Origin: Flavobacteriaceae bacterium
GTDB taxonomy: Bacteria > Bacteroidota > Bacteroidia > Flavobacteriales > Flavobacteriaceae
DNA: 64,000 nt
Direction of reading: 5' to 3'
Assembly: GCA_018608765.1 (NCBI GenBank)
Contig: JABAYY010000034.1
Span: forward strand, 27,209 to 91,208
The translations under genes and the position numbers were made by a program. This document shows positions 30,886 through 41,744 of the stretch, one piece after another. The notes below the pieces were generated by a model. That model had not been told where the DNA came from. It was given only the letters and a program-made list of their open reading frames with translations, and made no database searches. Within the stretch, counting starts at the first letter, position 1; the number at the start of each line of letters is the position of its first letter.

Positions 30886-33330
30886 TTACCCCTGAAAACC
30901 ATTTCCGAAGCCCCGTTGTGAATCTTTTTTCTTCTGATTAAAACGGTAGGTAAATGACAGATTGTAAGAGCGTACACGCCATCGGTAATAACTGTCACTA
31001 TAAAACGTTGGAGTTGTCGATTCTAAGTTGCGACGCTGTGTATTAAATAAATCATTAATACTAAAGCTTAGAGATGCTTTTTCTTTGAACAGGTCTTTAC
31101 TAAATGCCATGTTTGATGAAAATCGACCTTCTCGTCTGTTTACAGCATCAATTCGTGGACCATCATAACTTAATCGTGTCTGCCATTCAATGTTTCCTGG
31201 TAGGGTGTATTTGTTATTCAAACGAACAAACCAACCTAAGTTTTCGGAATCATAACTCAAGCCTTTATAACTCCCTCTAATAATGGATTGATACAGGTTA
31301 AAATTTACATTCATGTTCCATTTGTTCATTGGACGGTAGGTCAATGTAAACTCAAATCCATAGCGGTCGTTTTCAGCCAAGTTAATCGGACCACGACGAA
31401 TGACTGGCACACTCTGACCATCAATTACAACTTCTTCGCCAGTGTCTTCACTTACAAAGGTGAAAATATCAGTCGCATGGTTAAAATATAAAGAAGTGTT
31501 GAGAGTTAAAAGATCAAACTTATTTAGATATCCAATGTCAAACCCGTTAGAATAACTTGGGTTCATATATGGATTCCCTTGAAACAAGTTTGTTGCACTG
31601 CTTCTTGAAGGAAATGGGTTCAGATACCAAGATCCTGGTCGACTGATTCGACGGTTATACCCCAAAGTCAAGCTTTGTGTTTCAGAAAATTCATATCCTA
31701 AATTAACCGTTGGAAAGAGTCCAATATAATTGTTGTTGGAGAACTCATTACTACTAAGCTGTTGAATGGTTATCCGTGTCGATTCCAAGCGCAAGCCTAA
31801 CAAAAATGAAAATTTATCTTTTAATTTGCTTCCATATTGTGAGTAAAACGCATTGACTTCTTCTTTATACACTAATGTATTACTCACATCGGTATCCAAC
31901 TCAAAAACGTTGTTGTTCGCAAATTCTAATTTATAGTCTGTTGTATTTTTACTGAATCGCCCGTTATAACCGGCTTCAAACCGACTGTTTTCTCCGATGG
32001 GAAGCGTAAAATCTGTTTTGAACAAAATACGTTTTTGATCTTCAATTGTTTGGACACGTTCAGCAGCCACAGAATTATTGTAAATCACAGAGCTTTCATC
32101 TTCAGCACTGTTTTCAACTTGGAAATCTGCAGTCAAACGGTGGTCGCTATTGCCATGAAACTGTTTGTCAAAATTAATAGAAAATTGTGTGGTTTCATCT
32201 GTTTCCAATTCGGGATCATAACGAAAGGACTGGCTAACAAGCGTTTTTGATGCATCAAGCGTTTCCGCTCTATTGAAGGTCTCATTGCTATTGTCGCTTT
32301 TTCTAACTAAAAAAGCAGATGTTAGAGAAGTCGTTGGATTGATGTACCATTCGATACCTGTATTGCTGTTAAATCCTTTTCGGATTCGTTCAAACGTGCG
32401 ATATTCATTCCGAAACGTATTTGGTGCATCTTGAATAAGCAGTCCATTATCGTCGTATTCGGAATTGAAAAATTCGGTCTTTGTAGTGGAATTTCCGGGG
32501 CTGTTTCTGAATGTATAGCCTGAAGTATTAAAGATATTTACATTTCCTGTACGGTAGTTGATATTTCCGGAAGCTCCTAATTGATCTGGATGTCCTGCGT
32601 TCAAAATGACCGCACCGTTTAGTCCGAGTAACTTGCTTCGTCTTAAAATAATATTTAAAATTCCAGCAGTACCTTCAGCATCATAGCGTGCAGAAGGGGA
32701 GGTGATAATTTCTACTTTTTCAATGGCATCTGCAGGTAATTGTCGCAAGGCTTCGCTGGAGTTGAGCCCGACCAAACCAGAAGGTTTCCCATTTATTAAA
32801 ATACGTACATTTTCATTTCCTCTCAAAGCAACATTGCCTTCAATATCAACAGAAACAGAAGGGACATTGTCTAAAACATCGCTCACACTTCCACCTCTGA
32901 CAGTGAGGTCTTTTCCTACATTGTAGATTTTTTTATCCAGTTTGATTTCAACCGAGGTTTTTTCAGCAATGAGGTCAACAACTTCCAAGGTCTGTAGTTC
33001 TGCTTCCAGTTCAATGACTCCCAAATTAATGTCTTGAAGGATGTTATAATCTGTTTTTATAACGGTCATAAGCGAGAAATACTCAAAAGAAATTTCATAA
33101 ACCCCTTTTGGAATGGCGATACTAAAATTACCTTCAGGATCTGTAATGCCGCCACCAACCAATTTTGTTTCAGTAGAACTATAAAACCCAACAGTTGCAT
33201 ATTCAAGCGGAGACTGACTTGCTCTTTCAACAATAGTTCCAGAAACGATGTACGTATCTGGTGTTTTTTGAGCGCTCAAAGAGCTATGTGCCAGAATTAA
33301 AGTTAAAACAAATAAGAAATACTTACTCAT
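30886..33330 (-). CDS. TonB-dependent receptor / outer-membrane beta-barrel family
   Basis: N-terminal carboxypeptidase-regulatory-like domain, plug (NVPSV.VD...LRG...ILINGKPS...IEKVEIITSPSARYDAEG), GNP.L.P, terminal SFTYRF. Confidence 0.88.
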   Translation of the reverse strand: MSKYFLFVLTLILAHSSLSAQKTPDTYIVSGTIVERASQSPLEYATVGFYSSTETKLVGGGITDPEGNFSIAIPKGVYEISFEYFSLMTVIKTDYNILQDINLGVIELEAELQTLEVVDLIAEKTSVEIKLDKKIYNVGKDLTVRGGSVSDVLDNVPSVSVDIEGNVALRGNENVRILINGKPSGLVGLNSSEALRQLPADAIEKVEIITSPSARYDAEGTAGILNIILRRSKLLGLNGAVILNAGHPDQLGASGNINYRTGNVNIFNTSGYTFRNSPGNSTTKTEFFNSEYDDNGLLIQDAPNTFRNEYRTFERIRKGFNSNTGIEWYINPTTSLTSAFLVRKSDNSNETFNRAETLDASKTLVSQSFRYDPELETDETTQFSINFDKQFHGNSDHRLTADFQVENSAEDESSVIYNNSVAAERVQTIEDQKRILFKTDFTLPIGENSRFEAGYNGRFSKNTTDYKLEFANNNVFELDTDVSNTLVYKEEVNAFYSQYGSKLKDKFSFLLGLRLESTRITIQQLSSNEFSNNNYIGLFPTVNLGYEFSETQSLTLGYNRRISRPGSWYLNPFPSRSSATNLFQGNPYMNPSYSNGFDIGYLNKFDLLTLNTSLYFNHATDIFTFVSEDTGEEVVIDGQSVPVIRRGPINLAENDRYGFEFTLTYRPMNKWNMNVNFNLYQSIIRGSYKGLSYDSENLGWFVRLNNKYTLPGNIEWQTRLSYDGPRIDAVNRREGRFSSNMAFSKDLFKEKASLSFSINDLFNTQRRNLESTTPTFYSDSYYRWRVRSYNLSFTYRFNQKKKDSQRGFGNGFQG

Positions 33331-33420
33331 GAATTTTGGTTATTATTGGAAACAAAAGTAAACTCCTAAACTGTTTGTTCAGGTTAATATTGTGTTAAAT
33401 AAAAGAGGGGTAATCACAAG

Positions 33421-33762
33421 TTAAATAACGTCTAGAATTCGCTCTTTTGGGCGTCCAATAACGCCTTTGTTTTTATGGATTACAATAGGACGTTCTATAA
33501 GCTTTGGATGCGCTGCCATGGCTTCAATCAATTCTTGATTTGACAACTCTTTTCCTTTGTAATCCGACTTCCAAATGGCTTCGTTTTTTCGCACAAGATC
33601 CATTGGTGGAATTCCTAAAATTGTAATGATTTCTTCCAGATCTTTTACACTCAAAGGATTGGAAATATAATCGATTACTTCATAAGGCAGTTCAGACGCT
33701 TGAACCGTTTGAAGTCCTTCACGCGATTTCCGACAGCGGTTGTTGTGGTAAATTTTTATCAT
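33421..33762 (-). CDS. ArsC/Spx-family arsenate reductase (glutaredoxin type)
   Basis: [23 protein letters not shown]. Confidence 0.88.
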   Translation of the reverse strand: MIKIYHNNRCRKSREGLQTVQASELPYEVIDYISNPLSVKDLEEIITILGIPPMDLVRKNEAIWKSDYKGKELSNQELIEAMAAHPKLIERPIVIHKNKGVIGRPKERILDVI

Positions 33763-34866
33763 AAGGTGTCTGATTTTTCTTTTTGGCCCATGAGCATTAG
33801 ATATGCTTTTAGAAAAGGAGTAATGTCTCCATTCATTACAGTATCCACATTACCTGTTTCTTTAGCGGTTCGTACATCTTTCACTAGCTTATAGGGATGC
33901 ATTACGTAATTCCGGATTTGACTTCCCCATTCAATTTTCATTTTCCCTGCTTCAATATCCTCGCGCTGTGCCAATTGTTTTTTGAGTTCAATTTCATACA
34001 ATTGAGATTTCAGCATTTGCATTGCTCGAGATCGGTTGTCATGCTGTGAGCGCGTTTCAGAACATGAAATTTGAATCCCAGAGGGCTTGTGGGTTAATTG
34101 CACTTTTGTTTCAACTTTATTCACGTTTTGTCCACCTGCTCCACTCGAACGTGCGGTAGTAATTTCAATGTCTGCTGGGTTGATGTCGATCTCAATTGTA
34201 TCATCGACAAGAGGATAGACATAGACAGAAGCAAAACTAGTATGGCGTTTGGCATTGCTGTCAAAAGGAGAAATACGCACCAAACGATGCACTCCGTTTT
34301 CGCCTTTTAGCCATCCAAAAGCAAAGTCTCCTTCAATTTGAAGTGTCACGGTTTTGATTCCTGCCACATCGCCATCTTGAAGGTTTAATTCTTTGATTTT
34401 GAAATTATTTTTTTCTGCATACATGATATACATCCGCATGAGCATACTGGCCCAATCGCAACTTTCGGTACCTCCGGCACCCGCAGTAATTTGTAGTACT
34501 GCACTGAGTCCATCTCCGTCCTCGGAAAGCATGTTTCTGAATTCAATATCTTCTAAGAAATTAGAGGCGAGCTCAAATTGTGCTTCAACTTCTTCAGCCG
34601 TCGTTTCTCCTTCTTTAAAAAAATCAAATAAGATTTCTAATTCTTCAGTGTAAGTTTGTGCTTTTTCAAAATCGCTTACCCACTTTTTATTGACTCGTAA
34701 AGATTTCATGAGCAGCTCGGCTGCTTTTGAATCGTTCCAAAAATCAGGAGAAAAAGTTTTTTCTTCCTCATTTTGAATTTCGATGCGTTTGGCATCTAAG
34801 TCAAAGATACCTCCTCAACGCTCCAAGGCGCTCAAAAAGATCTTTTATGTGATCGTGTGTTATCAT
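33759..34866 (-). CDS. prfB: Peptide chain release factor 2, +1 programmed frameshift (368 aa)
   Basis: ATG at 34866, 21 codons ending AGG AGG TAT CTT TGA C (34815-34800); the +1 frame continues into the ORF with SPF and GGQ motifs. Confidence 0.96.
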
Positions 34867-34946
34867 AATTTTATTTCGAAATACAAAAATAGAATTTATA
34901 GTATAGAATTAAAATAATATGTAGTTTTATATCCAAAATAAAATTC

Positions 34947-35966
34947 ATGCAAATAGATTTAAGAAGCGATACGGTTACAAGACCCTCCAAAGGGATGTTA
35001 GACGCTATGATGACTGCCAAAGTAGGGGATGATGTGTATGCAGAAGATCCAACAGTAAATGCTTTAGAAGCTCGAGTTGCAACGCTTTTTGGTAAACCAA
35101 AAGCCTTGTTTTTTCCTTCTGGAACCATGGCCAATCAAACTGCAATCAAGCTCCATACACAGCCAGGTGAACAATTGATATGTGATAAATATGCACATGT
35201 TTATAATTATGAAGGGGGCGGTGTTTCTTTTAATAGTGGCGTATCGTGTCAGCTAGTCGATGGACATCGCGGTATGATGACCGCAGCACAAGTCGAAGCA
35301 GCGATCAATCCTCCTGATTTTTATCACAGTCCATTGACCTCTTTGGTAACTCTGGAAAATACAACTAATAAAGGTGGCGGTGCTTGTTGGGATTTTAATG
35401 AAATTTCTAAAATTCGCACGGTTTGTGACACCCATCATTTAGGGCTCCATTTAGATGGTGCTCGATTGTGGAATGCACTCAATGCAAAATCTGAAACAGC
35501 TCTTCAATACGGAGATATTTTTGATACTATTTCTGTGTGTTTTAGTAAAGGACTTGGAGCTCCCGTGGGTTCTATGCTGGTTGGAGATGAAGCATTGATG
35601 AACAAAGCCTTACGCATTCGAAAAATGTTGGGTGGTGGCATGCGTCAAATAGGATCGCTCGCAGCCGCAGCTTCCTATGCATTAGACCACCACTACGATC
35701 GCCTCAAAGACGATCATAAAAAAGCGAAAGAGATTGCAGTAGTTTTGCAAACATTGGAAGCTGTATCTATCGTAGAACCCGTAGAAACAAACATTGTCAT
35801 TTTTAAATTAAACTCTAATTTTCCTGAGGGGCTATTTTTAGATAATTTAAAAGCACATAATGTTCTTGTAAGTGATATGGGAAGTGGTAAGCTCAGAATG
35901 GTAACGCATTTGGATTATACCGATGCAATGCATGCCAATCTTTTAGAAATTTTGAGCAAACCCTAA
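34947..35966 (+). CDS. ltaE: Low-specificity L-threonine aldolase
   Basis: DLRSDTVT, GDDVY.EDP, SGTMANQ, LENT, HLDGAR, SKGLGAPVG. Confidence 0.9.
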   Translation: MQIDLRSDTVTRPSKGMLDAMMTAKVGDDVYAEDPTVNALEARVATLFGKPKALFFPSGTMANQTAIKLHTQPGEQLICDKYAHVYNYEGGGVSFNSGVSCQLVDGHRGMMTAAQVEAAINPPDFYHSPLTSLVTLENTTNKGGGACWDFNEISKIRTVCDTHHLGLHLDGARLWNALNAKSETALQYGDIFDTISVCFSKGLGAPVGSMLVGDEALMNKALRIRKMLGGGMRQIGSLAAAASYALDHHYDRLKDDHKKAKEIAVVLQTLEAVSIVEPVETNIVIFKLNSNFPEGLFLDNLKAHNVLVSDMGSGKLRMVTHLDYTDAMHANLLEILSKP

Positions 35967-36011
35967 TAATTTTTCGTAAGTTTATGCCTCTCAACCCTAA
36001 TTTACAATGTT

Positions 36012-38144
36012 ATGAAAATCAAATTTTTATCTCTAATTTTAATAAGTTCACTGTTTTCTTGTGATACTAAGACTCAAAAATCAATGTCTGAATTACCAAA
36101 AGCTCCATTAGCGAAACAAATACCCAAAAATTTAACAATTCACGACGATGTTCGGGTTGATGAATTTTATTGGTTAAAAGATAGAGAAAATCCAGAAGTG
36201 ATTGATTATCTCAATAACGAAAACGATTATTATAATGCCCATACGGCACATACGAAGGAGTTTCAAACGTCTTTATTTGAAGAAATGAAGTCAAGAATTA
36301 AAGAAGATGACAGTTCTGTTCCTTATAAATACAACGGATATTGGTACATCACCAAATACGAAAAAGGGAAAGATTATCCGATTTACACCCGAAAAAAAGA
36401 ATCTTTAGAGGCAGCGGAAGAACTCTTGTTTGATTGTAATGAAATGGCTAAAGATCATTCTTATTTTAGGTTGGTAGGCTTGAATATAAATCCTAATAAT
36501 GATTTGGTTTCTTATGGTATTGATACCACAGGCAGACGACAATATACATTACATATTAAAGACCTTAAAACCAATACAATTTTTAAGGATGAAATTTCAA
36601 ATACAACTGGGGGAAGTACGTGGGCGAATGACAATAAAACGCTGTTTTATACGCTTAAAGACGAAACGACTTTACGTTCAGAAGCGATCTATAAACACCA
36701 ATTAAACTCCGAACAAAAGTCAGATGAATTAATCTTTGAAGAAACTGATGATACTTTTGGAGTGAGTGTCTATAAAACCAAATCCAAGAAATATTTGGTT
36801 ATTGTGAGTTACAGTACTTTGACGACCGAATATCAAGTTTTAAATGCCAACACACCCGATGGTGATTTTAAAGTATTTCAACCTCGAACGCGTGGTTTAG
36901 AGTATGGGATTTCCCATTACGAAGATTCATTTTACATAGTGTCAAATGCCGATGGTGCACAAAATTTCAAACTTTCAAAAACATCGGAAACCCAAACAGA
37001 AAAAGAATATTGGAAAGATGTGATTCCGCACCGAGAATCAGTACTGCTTGAAGGCATCGAAATATTCAAAGACTTTTTAGTGGTTTCGGAACGTGAAAAC
37101 GGATTGAATCAAATACATATAAAACGGTGGGATGGTGCAGCCAATTATTACCTTCCTTTTGAAAGCGAAACATATACCGCTTACACCACCATAAATATTG
37201 ATTTTGATACCACAGTTTTAAGATACGGCTATCAATCTTTAACCACCCCTTCTTCAGTGATTGATTTTGATATGGTAACTAAGACCAAAACCATTAAAAA
37301 AGAGCAAGAAGTACTGGGTGGTAAATTCAAAAAAGAAAATTATACCTCCGAACGTTTATGGGCGACTGCTGCTGATGGGACTAAAATTCCTGTTTCATTG
37401 ATACGTCGAGTGGATACCGAAAAATCATCTGATACCCCCTTATTATTATATGCTTATGGGTCGTACGGAAGTACAATAGACCCCTATTTTTCAACCGCTC
37501 GATTGAGTTTATTAGATCGCGGTTTTATTTTTGCAATTGCACACATTAGAGGTGGGGAATATCTGGGTCGTCAATGGTACGAGGATGGAAAATTATTTAA
37601 AAAGAAAAACACCTTTTCAGATTTTGTGGACTGCTCGAAATATTTAATTGAAAACAAATATACTTCTGCCAAACATCATTATGCGATGGGCGGGAGCGCC
37701 GGAGGATTGTTGATGGGAGCGGTTGTAAATTTAGCTCCTGAATTATACAATGGAGTGGTTGCACAGGTGCCCTTTGTGGATGTTGTAACGACTATGTTAG
37801 ACGATAGTATTCCGCTAACTACTGGAGAATATGACGAGTGGGGGAACCCCAATGAAAAAGATTATTATGAGTATATGAAATCGTATTCCCCTTATGATAA
37901 TGTTACAAATAAGTTGTATCCAAATATGTTAGTGACTACAGGTCTTCACGATTCTCAGGTTCAGTATTGGGAGCCTGCAAAATGGGTTGCGCGCTTAAGA
38001 GCACAGAGCAAAAATGCATCTCAACTCTATCTTCAAACTAACTTGGAGGCAGGTCATGGAGGTGCTTCTGGACGTTTTGAAGCCTTGAAAGAAGTTGCTG
38101 CAGAGTATGCATTTTTATTAGATCTAGAATCTATTTTAAAATAG
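36012..38144 (+). CDS. ptrB: Oligopeptidase B (S9A), lipoprotein
   Basis: Lipobox LFSC; D.YYWL, GGSAGG, DSQVQYWEPAKW, AGHGG. Confidence 0.9.
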   Translation: MKIKFLSLILISSLFSCDTKTQKSMSELPKAPLAKQIPKNLTIHDDVRVDEFYWLKDRENPEVIDYLNNENDYYNAHTAHTKEFQTSLFEEMKSRIKEDDSSVPYKYNGYWYITKYEKGKDYPIYTRKKESLEAAEELLFDCNEMAKDHSYFRLVGLNINPNNDLVSYGIDTTGRRQYTLHIKDLKTNTIFKDEISNTTGGSTWANDNKTLFYTLKDETTLRSEAIYKHQLNSEQKSDELIFEETDDTFGVSVYKTKSKKYLVIVSYSTLTTEYQVLNANTPDGDFKVFQPRTRGLEYGISHYEDSFYIVSNADGAQNFKLSKTSETQTEKEYWKDVIPHRESVLLEGIEIFKDFLVVSERENGLNQIHIKRWDGAANYYLPFESETYTAYTTINIDFDTTVLRYGYQSLTTPSSVIDFDMVTKTKTIKKEQEVLGGKFKKENYTSERLWATAADGTKIPVSLIRRVDTEKSSDTPLLLYAYGSYGSTIDPYFSTARLSLLDRGFIFAIAHIRGGEYLGRQWYEDGKLFKKKNTFSDFVDCSKYLIENKYTSAKHHYAMGGSAGGLLMGAVVNLAPELYNGVVAQVPFVDVVTTMLDDSIPLTTGEYDEWGNPNEKDYYEYMKSYSPYDNVTNKLYPNMLVTTGLHDSQVQYWEPAKWVARLRAQSKNASQLYLQTNLEAGHGGASGRFEALKEVAAEYAFLLDLESILK

Positions 38145-38191
38145 GTTTGAAAAAATTATTGTAATTTTGTTGCTTACTTAAAATCACAAAC

Positions 38192-39235
38192 TTGGTAAAT
38201 AAAGATAAATTAATATTTGATAATGTATTAGAGCTCGTTGGAAACACGCCTCTAGTGAAGTTAAATACTATTTTAGGTAGTTCATCAGGAACCTTTATTG
38301 CCAAATTAGAATGTTTCAACCCTGGACATTCTTCTAAAGACCGTATTGCGCTTCACATTATTGAAGATGCTGAAAAAAAAGGCATTCTCAAACCTGGAGA
38401 TACGATTATTGAAACAACTTCTGGTAACACCGGTTTTAGTATTGCAATGGTCAGTATTATCAAAGGATACAAATGTGTGTTAGCTGTCAGTTCAAAATCA
38501 TCTTTAGATAAAATTGATATGCTAAAGAGTATGGGCGCAAAAGTATATGTATGCCCAGCACATGTGAGTGCAGACGATCCTCGATCTTATTACGAAGTAG
38601 CAAAACGTTTACACAAAGAAACCAAGGGCTCTGTATATATAAACCAGTACTTTAATAGCCTAAATACAGAGGCACATTACCAGTCAACAGGGCCAGAAAT
38701 TTGGCAACAGACACAAGGTAAAATCACGCATTTAGTTGCATGTAGTGGGACTGGTGGTACAGTCTCAGGGACTGCAAAATATTTAAAAGAACAAAATCCA
38801 GATATTAAAATTATTGGGGTGGATGCTTATGGGTCGGTATTGAAAAAATACCACGAAACCAAAGAGTTCGATTCCAATGAAATATATCCATACCGAATAG
38901 AAGGGCTTGGAAAAAACTTGATTCCCACAGCCACTGATTTTGATTCAATTGATGAATTCATTAAAGTGACAGACGACGAAAGTGCGCATACTGCACGAGA
39001 GTTGGCACAGACAGAGGGCTTGTTTGCAGGTTATACATCTGGAGCCGTTGTTCAGGCCGTAAAACAGCTCAATCAAAAAGGTACTTTTAAACCAACTGAT
39101 GTGGTTGTCTTAATCTTTCCTGATCATGGATCAAGATACATGAGTAAGGTATTTAATGATCAATGGATGGAAGACCAAGGCTTCTTTGATACAAAAAACG
39201 AAGTAGCTGCTCAAGGAATTGAGTTTATTAAGTAA
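38192..39235 (+). CDS. PLP-dependent cysteine synthase/CBS-family enzyme, probable cysteate synthase (CapA-like)
   Basis: [32 protein letters not shown]; adjacent to an alpha-oxoamine synthase. Confidence 0.7.
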   Translation: MVNKDKLIFDNVLELVGNTPLVKLNTILGSSSGTFIAKLECFNPGHSSKDRIALHIIEDAEKKGILKPGDTIIETTSGNTGFSIAMVSIIKGYKCVLAVSSKSSLDKIDMLKSMGAKVYVCPAHVSADDPRSYYEVAKRLHKETKGSVYINQYFNSLNTEAHYQSTGPEIWQQTQGKITHLVACSGTGGTVSGTAKYLKEQNPDIKIIGVDAYGSVLKKYHETKEFDSNEIYPYRIEGLGKNLIPTATDFDSIDEFIKVTDDESAHTARELAQTEGLFAGYTSGAVVQAVKQLNQKGTFKPTDVVVLIFPDHGSRYMSKVFNDQWMEDQGFFDTKNEVAAQGIEFIK

Positions 39236-39355
39236 ATCACTTACACTTTTCTACATCAAATCCTCTTCATAGAATTCATATCTGTTTAATTGCTTAAATT
39301 ATTATGTATTGAGAATATTATTGTATAATTTTGTCCCGCAAACTAACTAGGAATC

Positions 39356-40618
39356 ATGATGAGAGATTTATTCGAAAAAATATATAAAGACAAAGGTCCT
39401 TTAGGTAAATGGGCAAGCCAAGCTGAAGGCTATTTTGTGTTTCCAAAATTGGAAGGTCAGATTTCCAACCGCATGAAATTTCAAGGCAAAGATGTCATCA
39501 CATGGAGTATTAATGACTATCTAGGACTTGCAAATCATCCCGAAGTTAGAAAAGTAGATGCCGAAGCAGCCAACGATTTTGGTTCTGCCTACCCAATGGG
39601 TGCTCGTATGATGTCTGGCCATACTTCGCTTCATGAGCAATTGCAAAATGAATTAGCAGAATTTGTAAATAAAGAAGCTACGTACCTATTAAATTTTGGT
39701 TACCAAGGAATCATGTCTACAATTGATGCGTTGGTTGGTAAGGATGATATTATCGTTTACGATGTTGATTCGCATGCTTGTATCATAGATGGCGTTCGTT
39801 TACATATGGGAAAACGTTTTACCTACAAACACAACGATATTGAAAGCTTAGAAAAAAACTTGGAGCGTGCGACCAAAATGGCGGAGCAAACTGGAGGGGG
39901 AATTTTAGTAATCTCTGAAGGTGTTTTTGGAATGCGAGGCGAACAAGGAAAGCTGAAAGAAATTGTAGCATTGAAAGATAAATTCAATTTCAGATTTTTA
40001 GTTGATGACGCACACGGATTTGGAACGCTTGGAAAAACAGGTGCTGGTGCAGGGGAAGAACAAGGCGTTCAAGATGACATTGATGTATATTTTGCAACCT
40101 TTGCTAAGTCTATGGCAAGTACAGGTGCTTTTATAGCTGCTGATAAAGAAATTATAGATTATCTAAAATATAACTTACGTTCACAAATGTTTGCAAAATC
40201 TTTGCAAATGCAATTGGTAAAAGGGGCTCTAAAACGTTTGGATATGATTCGAACCATGCCTGAACTTAAAGAAAATCTTTGGAAGATTGTAACTGCTTTG
40301 CAATCAGGTTTACGTGAGAGAGGGTTCGATTTAGGAACGACTCAAAGTTGTGTAACCCCTGTGTATCTAAAAGGAAGTATTCCAGAAGCGATGGCCTTGG
40401 TAAAAGACCTGCGTGAGAATTACGGAATATTCTGTTCAATAGTGGTATACCCGGTCATTCCTAAAGGCTTAATATTGTTGAGGTTGATTCCAACCTCTAT
40501 GCATACCTTAGAAGATGTAGATGAAACCTTAAAAGCTTTTTCTGTGATTAGAGAACGCTTAGAAAAAGGAGTTTACAAGCGTCTTTCGGCTTCTGTTGCA
40601 GCTGCAATGGGCGAGTAG
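39356..40618 (+). CDS. Alpha-oxoamine synthase family, probable cysteate-fatty acyltransferase (CapB/SulA-like)
   Basis: NDYLGL, HACIIDG, DDAHGFG, TFAKS PLP-lysine; downstream of the CBS-like gene. Confidence 0.7.
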   Translation: MMRDLFEKIYKDKGPLGKWASQAEGYFVFPKLEGQISNRMKFQGKDVITWSINDYLGLANHPEVRKVDAEAANDFGSAYPMGARMMSGHTSLHEQLQNELAEFVNKEATYLLNFGYQGIMSTIDALVGKDDIIVYDVDSHACIIDGVRLHMGKRFTYKHNDIESLEKNLERATKMAEQTGGGILVISEGVFGMRGEQGKLKEIVALKDKFNFRFLVDDAHGFGTLGKTGAGAGEEQGVQDDIDVYFATFAKSMASTGAFIAADKEIIDYLKYNLRSQMFAKSLQMQLVKGALKRLDMIRTMPELKENLWKIVTALQSGLRERGFDLGTTQSCVTPVYLKGSIPEAMALVKDLRENYGIFCSIVVYPVIPKGLILLRLIPTSMHTLEDVDETLKAFSVIRERLEKGVYKRLSASVAAAMGE

Positions 40619-40622
40619 TAGT

Positions 40623-41738
40623 TTACAACTCTTTTCTAAAGGTACAGCGTTTTTTAATCAAAACAGGCTTAAAATTGCGCCATAATTTTTGTACCGCTAA
40701 GTTATTTGCCAATTCGGGAGTTCTACGACATTCTAAAATACCTTTTTCTTGAAAGGTTCTATGAAATGCGCTAAAAATAATGGAATGCACCCCTTTCTTT
40801 TGGTATTCAGGATGGACGCCAATTAAATAGAAATTTAATTTCTTAGACTCTTTAGCCTTAAGGATGTGAAAAATTCCAAAAGGAAATAACTTGCCTTTTA
40901 TTTTTTGTAATGCTTCTGCAAAAGAAGGCATTACCACTCCAAAAGCCACTAAATCATCGGCTTCATTCACTACAAATTTAATGTATTCAGGATTTATAAA
41001 GTTTAAAAACTTCTTCTTTAAAAATGCTTTTTGAATGTCTGTAATGGCAACAAATGACGATAAGGATGCATAACTTTCGTTAAATAAATCAAACATTTTA
41101 TCTGCGTACGGCATTAGGTCATTTGTGCGGGTAAAATCTAAAGCTCTTAGATTATAACGTTCTTTAATGACTTCTTCTAGTCGGTTAGAATCTTCAATTA
41201 GAATATCACTAAACTGATGTTTGTGTTCTAAATATTCTTTTTCAACTTTAAAGTTCAATTGATTTAAGTGCTCTACATAATAGGGGTGGTTATACCAAGT
41301 AACCATGGTGCCGATTTGGTCATAGCCGTAGGTCAGCACTCCCACTTTATCTAAGTTAGAAAACCCAATCGGCCCTTCCATATAACTTAAGTCATGTGCT
41401 TTACCTATAGATTTTACTTGCTCTAATAAGGCTGTTGTGACTTCAATGTCATCAATCATATCCATCCATCCAAAACGAATTTTATTACTGCTTTTATTTC
41501 CGACTTCCAGCCAATTAATAATCGCGGCAACGCGCCCTACTATTTTTCCATCTTTATAGGCAAGAAACAACTGAACTTCCGCATTTTGGAGTACTGGGTT
41601 GGTATTTTTATTAAAGACTTTAATCTCTTCGCTAATAATAGGCGGAACCCAATACTTAGAGTCTTTGTAGAGTGAAAAAGGGAACCTAACAAATTGTTTT
41701 ATTTCCTTTTTAGAAATCGCTTTTTTAATGAATATCAT
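40623..41738 (-). CDS. GNAT-fold protein (YghO-like)
   Basis: FP..LY.....WVPP, VGRVAAI, RFGW, YNHPYY, LIGV.PEYQKKG. Confidence 0.7.
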   Translation of the reverse strand: MIFIKKAISKKEIKQFVRFPFSLYKDSKYWVPPIISEEIKVFNKNTNPVLQNAEVQLFLAYKDGKIVGRVAAIINWLEVGNKSSNKIRFGWMDMIDDIEVTTALLEQVKSIGKAHDLSYMEGPIGFSNLDKVGVLTYGYDQIGTMVTWYNHPYYVEHLNQLNFKVEKEYLEHKHQFSDILIEDSNRLEEVIKERYNLRALDFTRTNDLMPYADKMFDLFNESYASLSSFVAITDIQKAFLKKKFLNFINPEYIKFVVNEADDLVAFGVVMPSFAEALQKIKGKLFPFGIFHILKAKESKKLNFYLIGVHPEYQKKGVHSIIFSAFHRTFQEKGILECRRTPELANNLAVQKLWRNFKPVLIKKRCTFRKEL

Positions 41739-41744
41739 ACCGTC

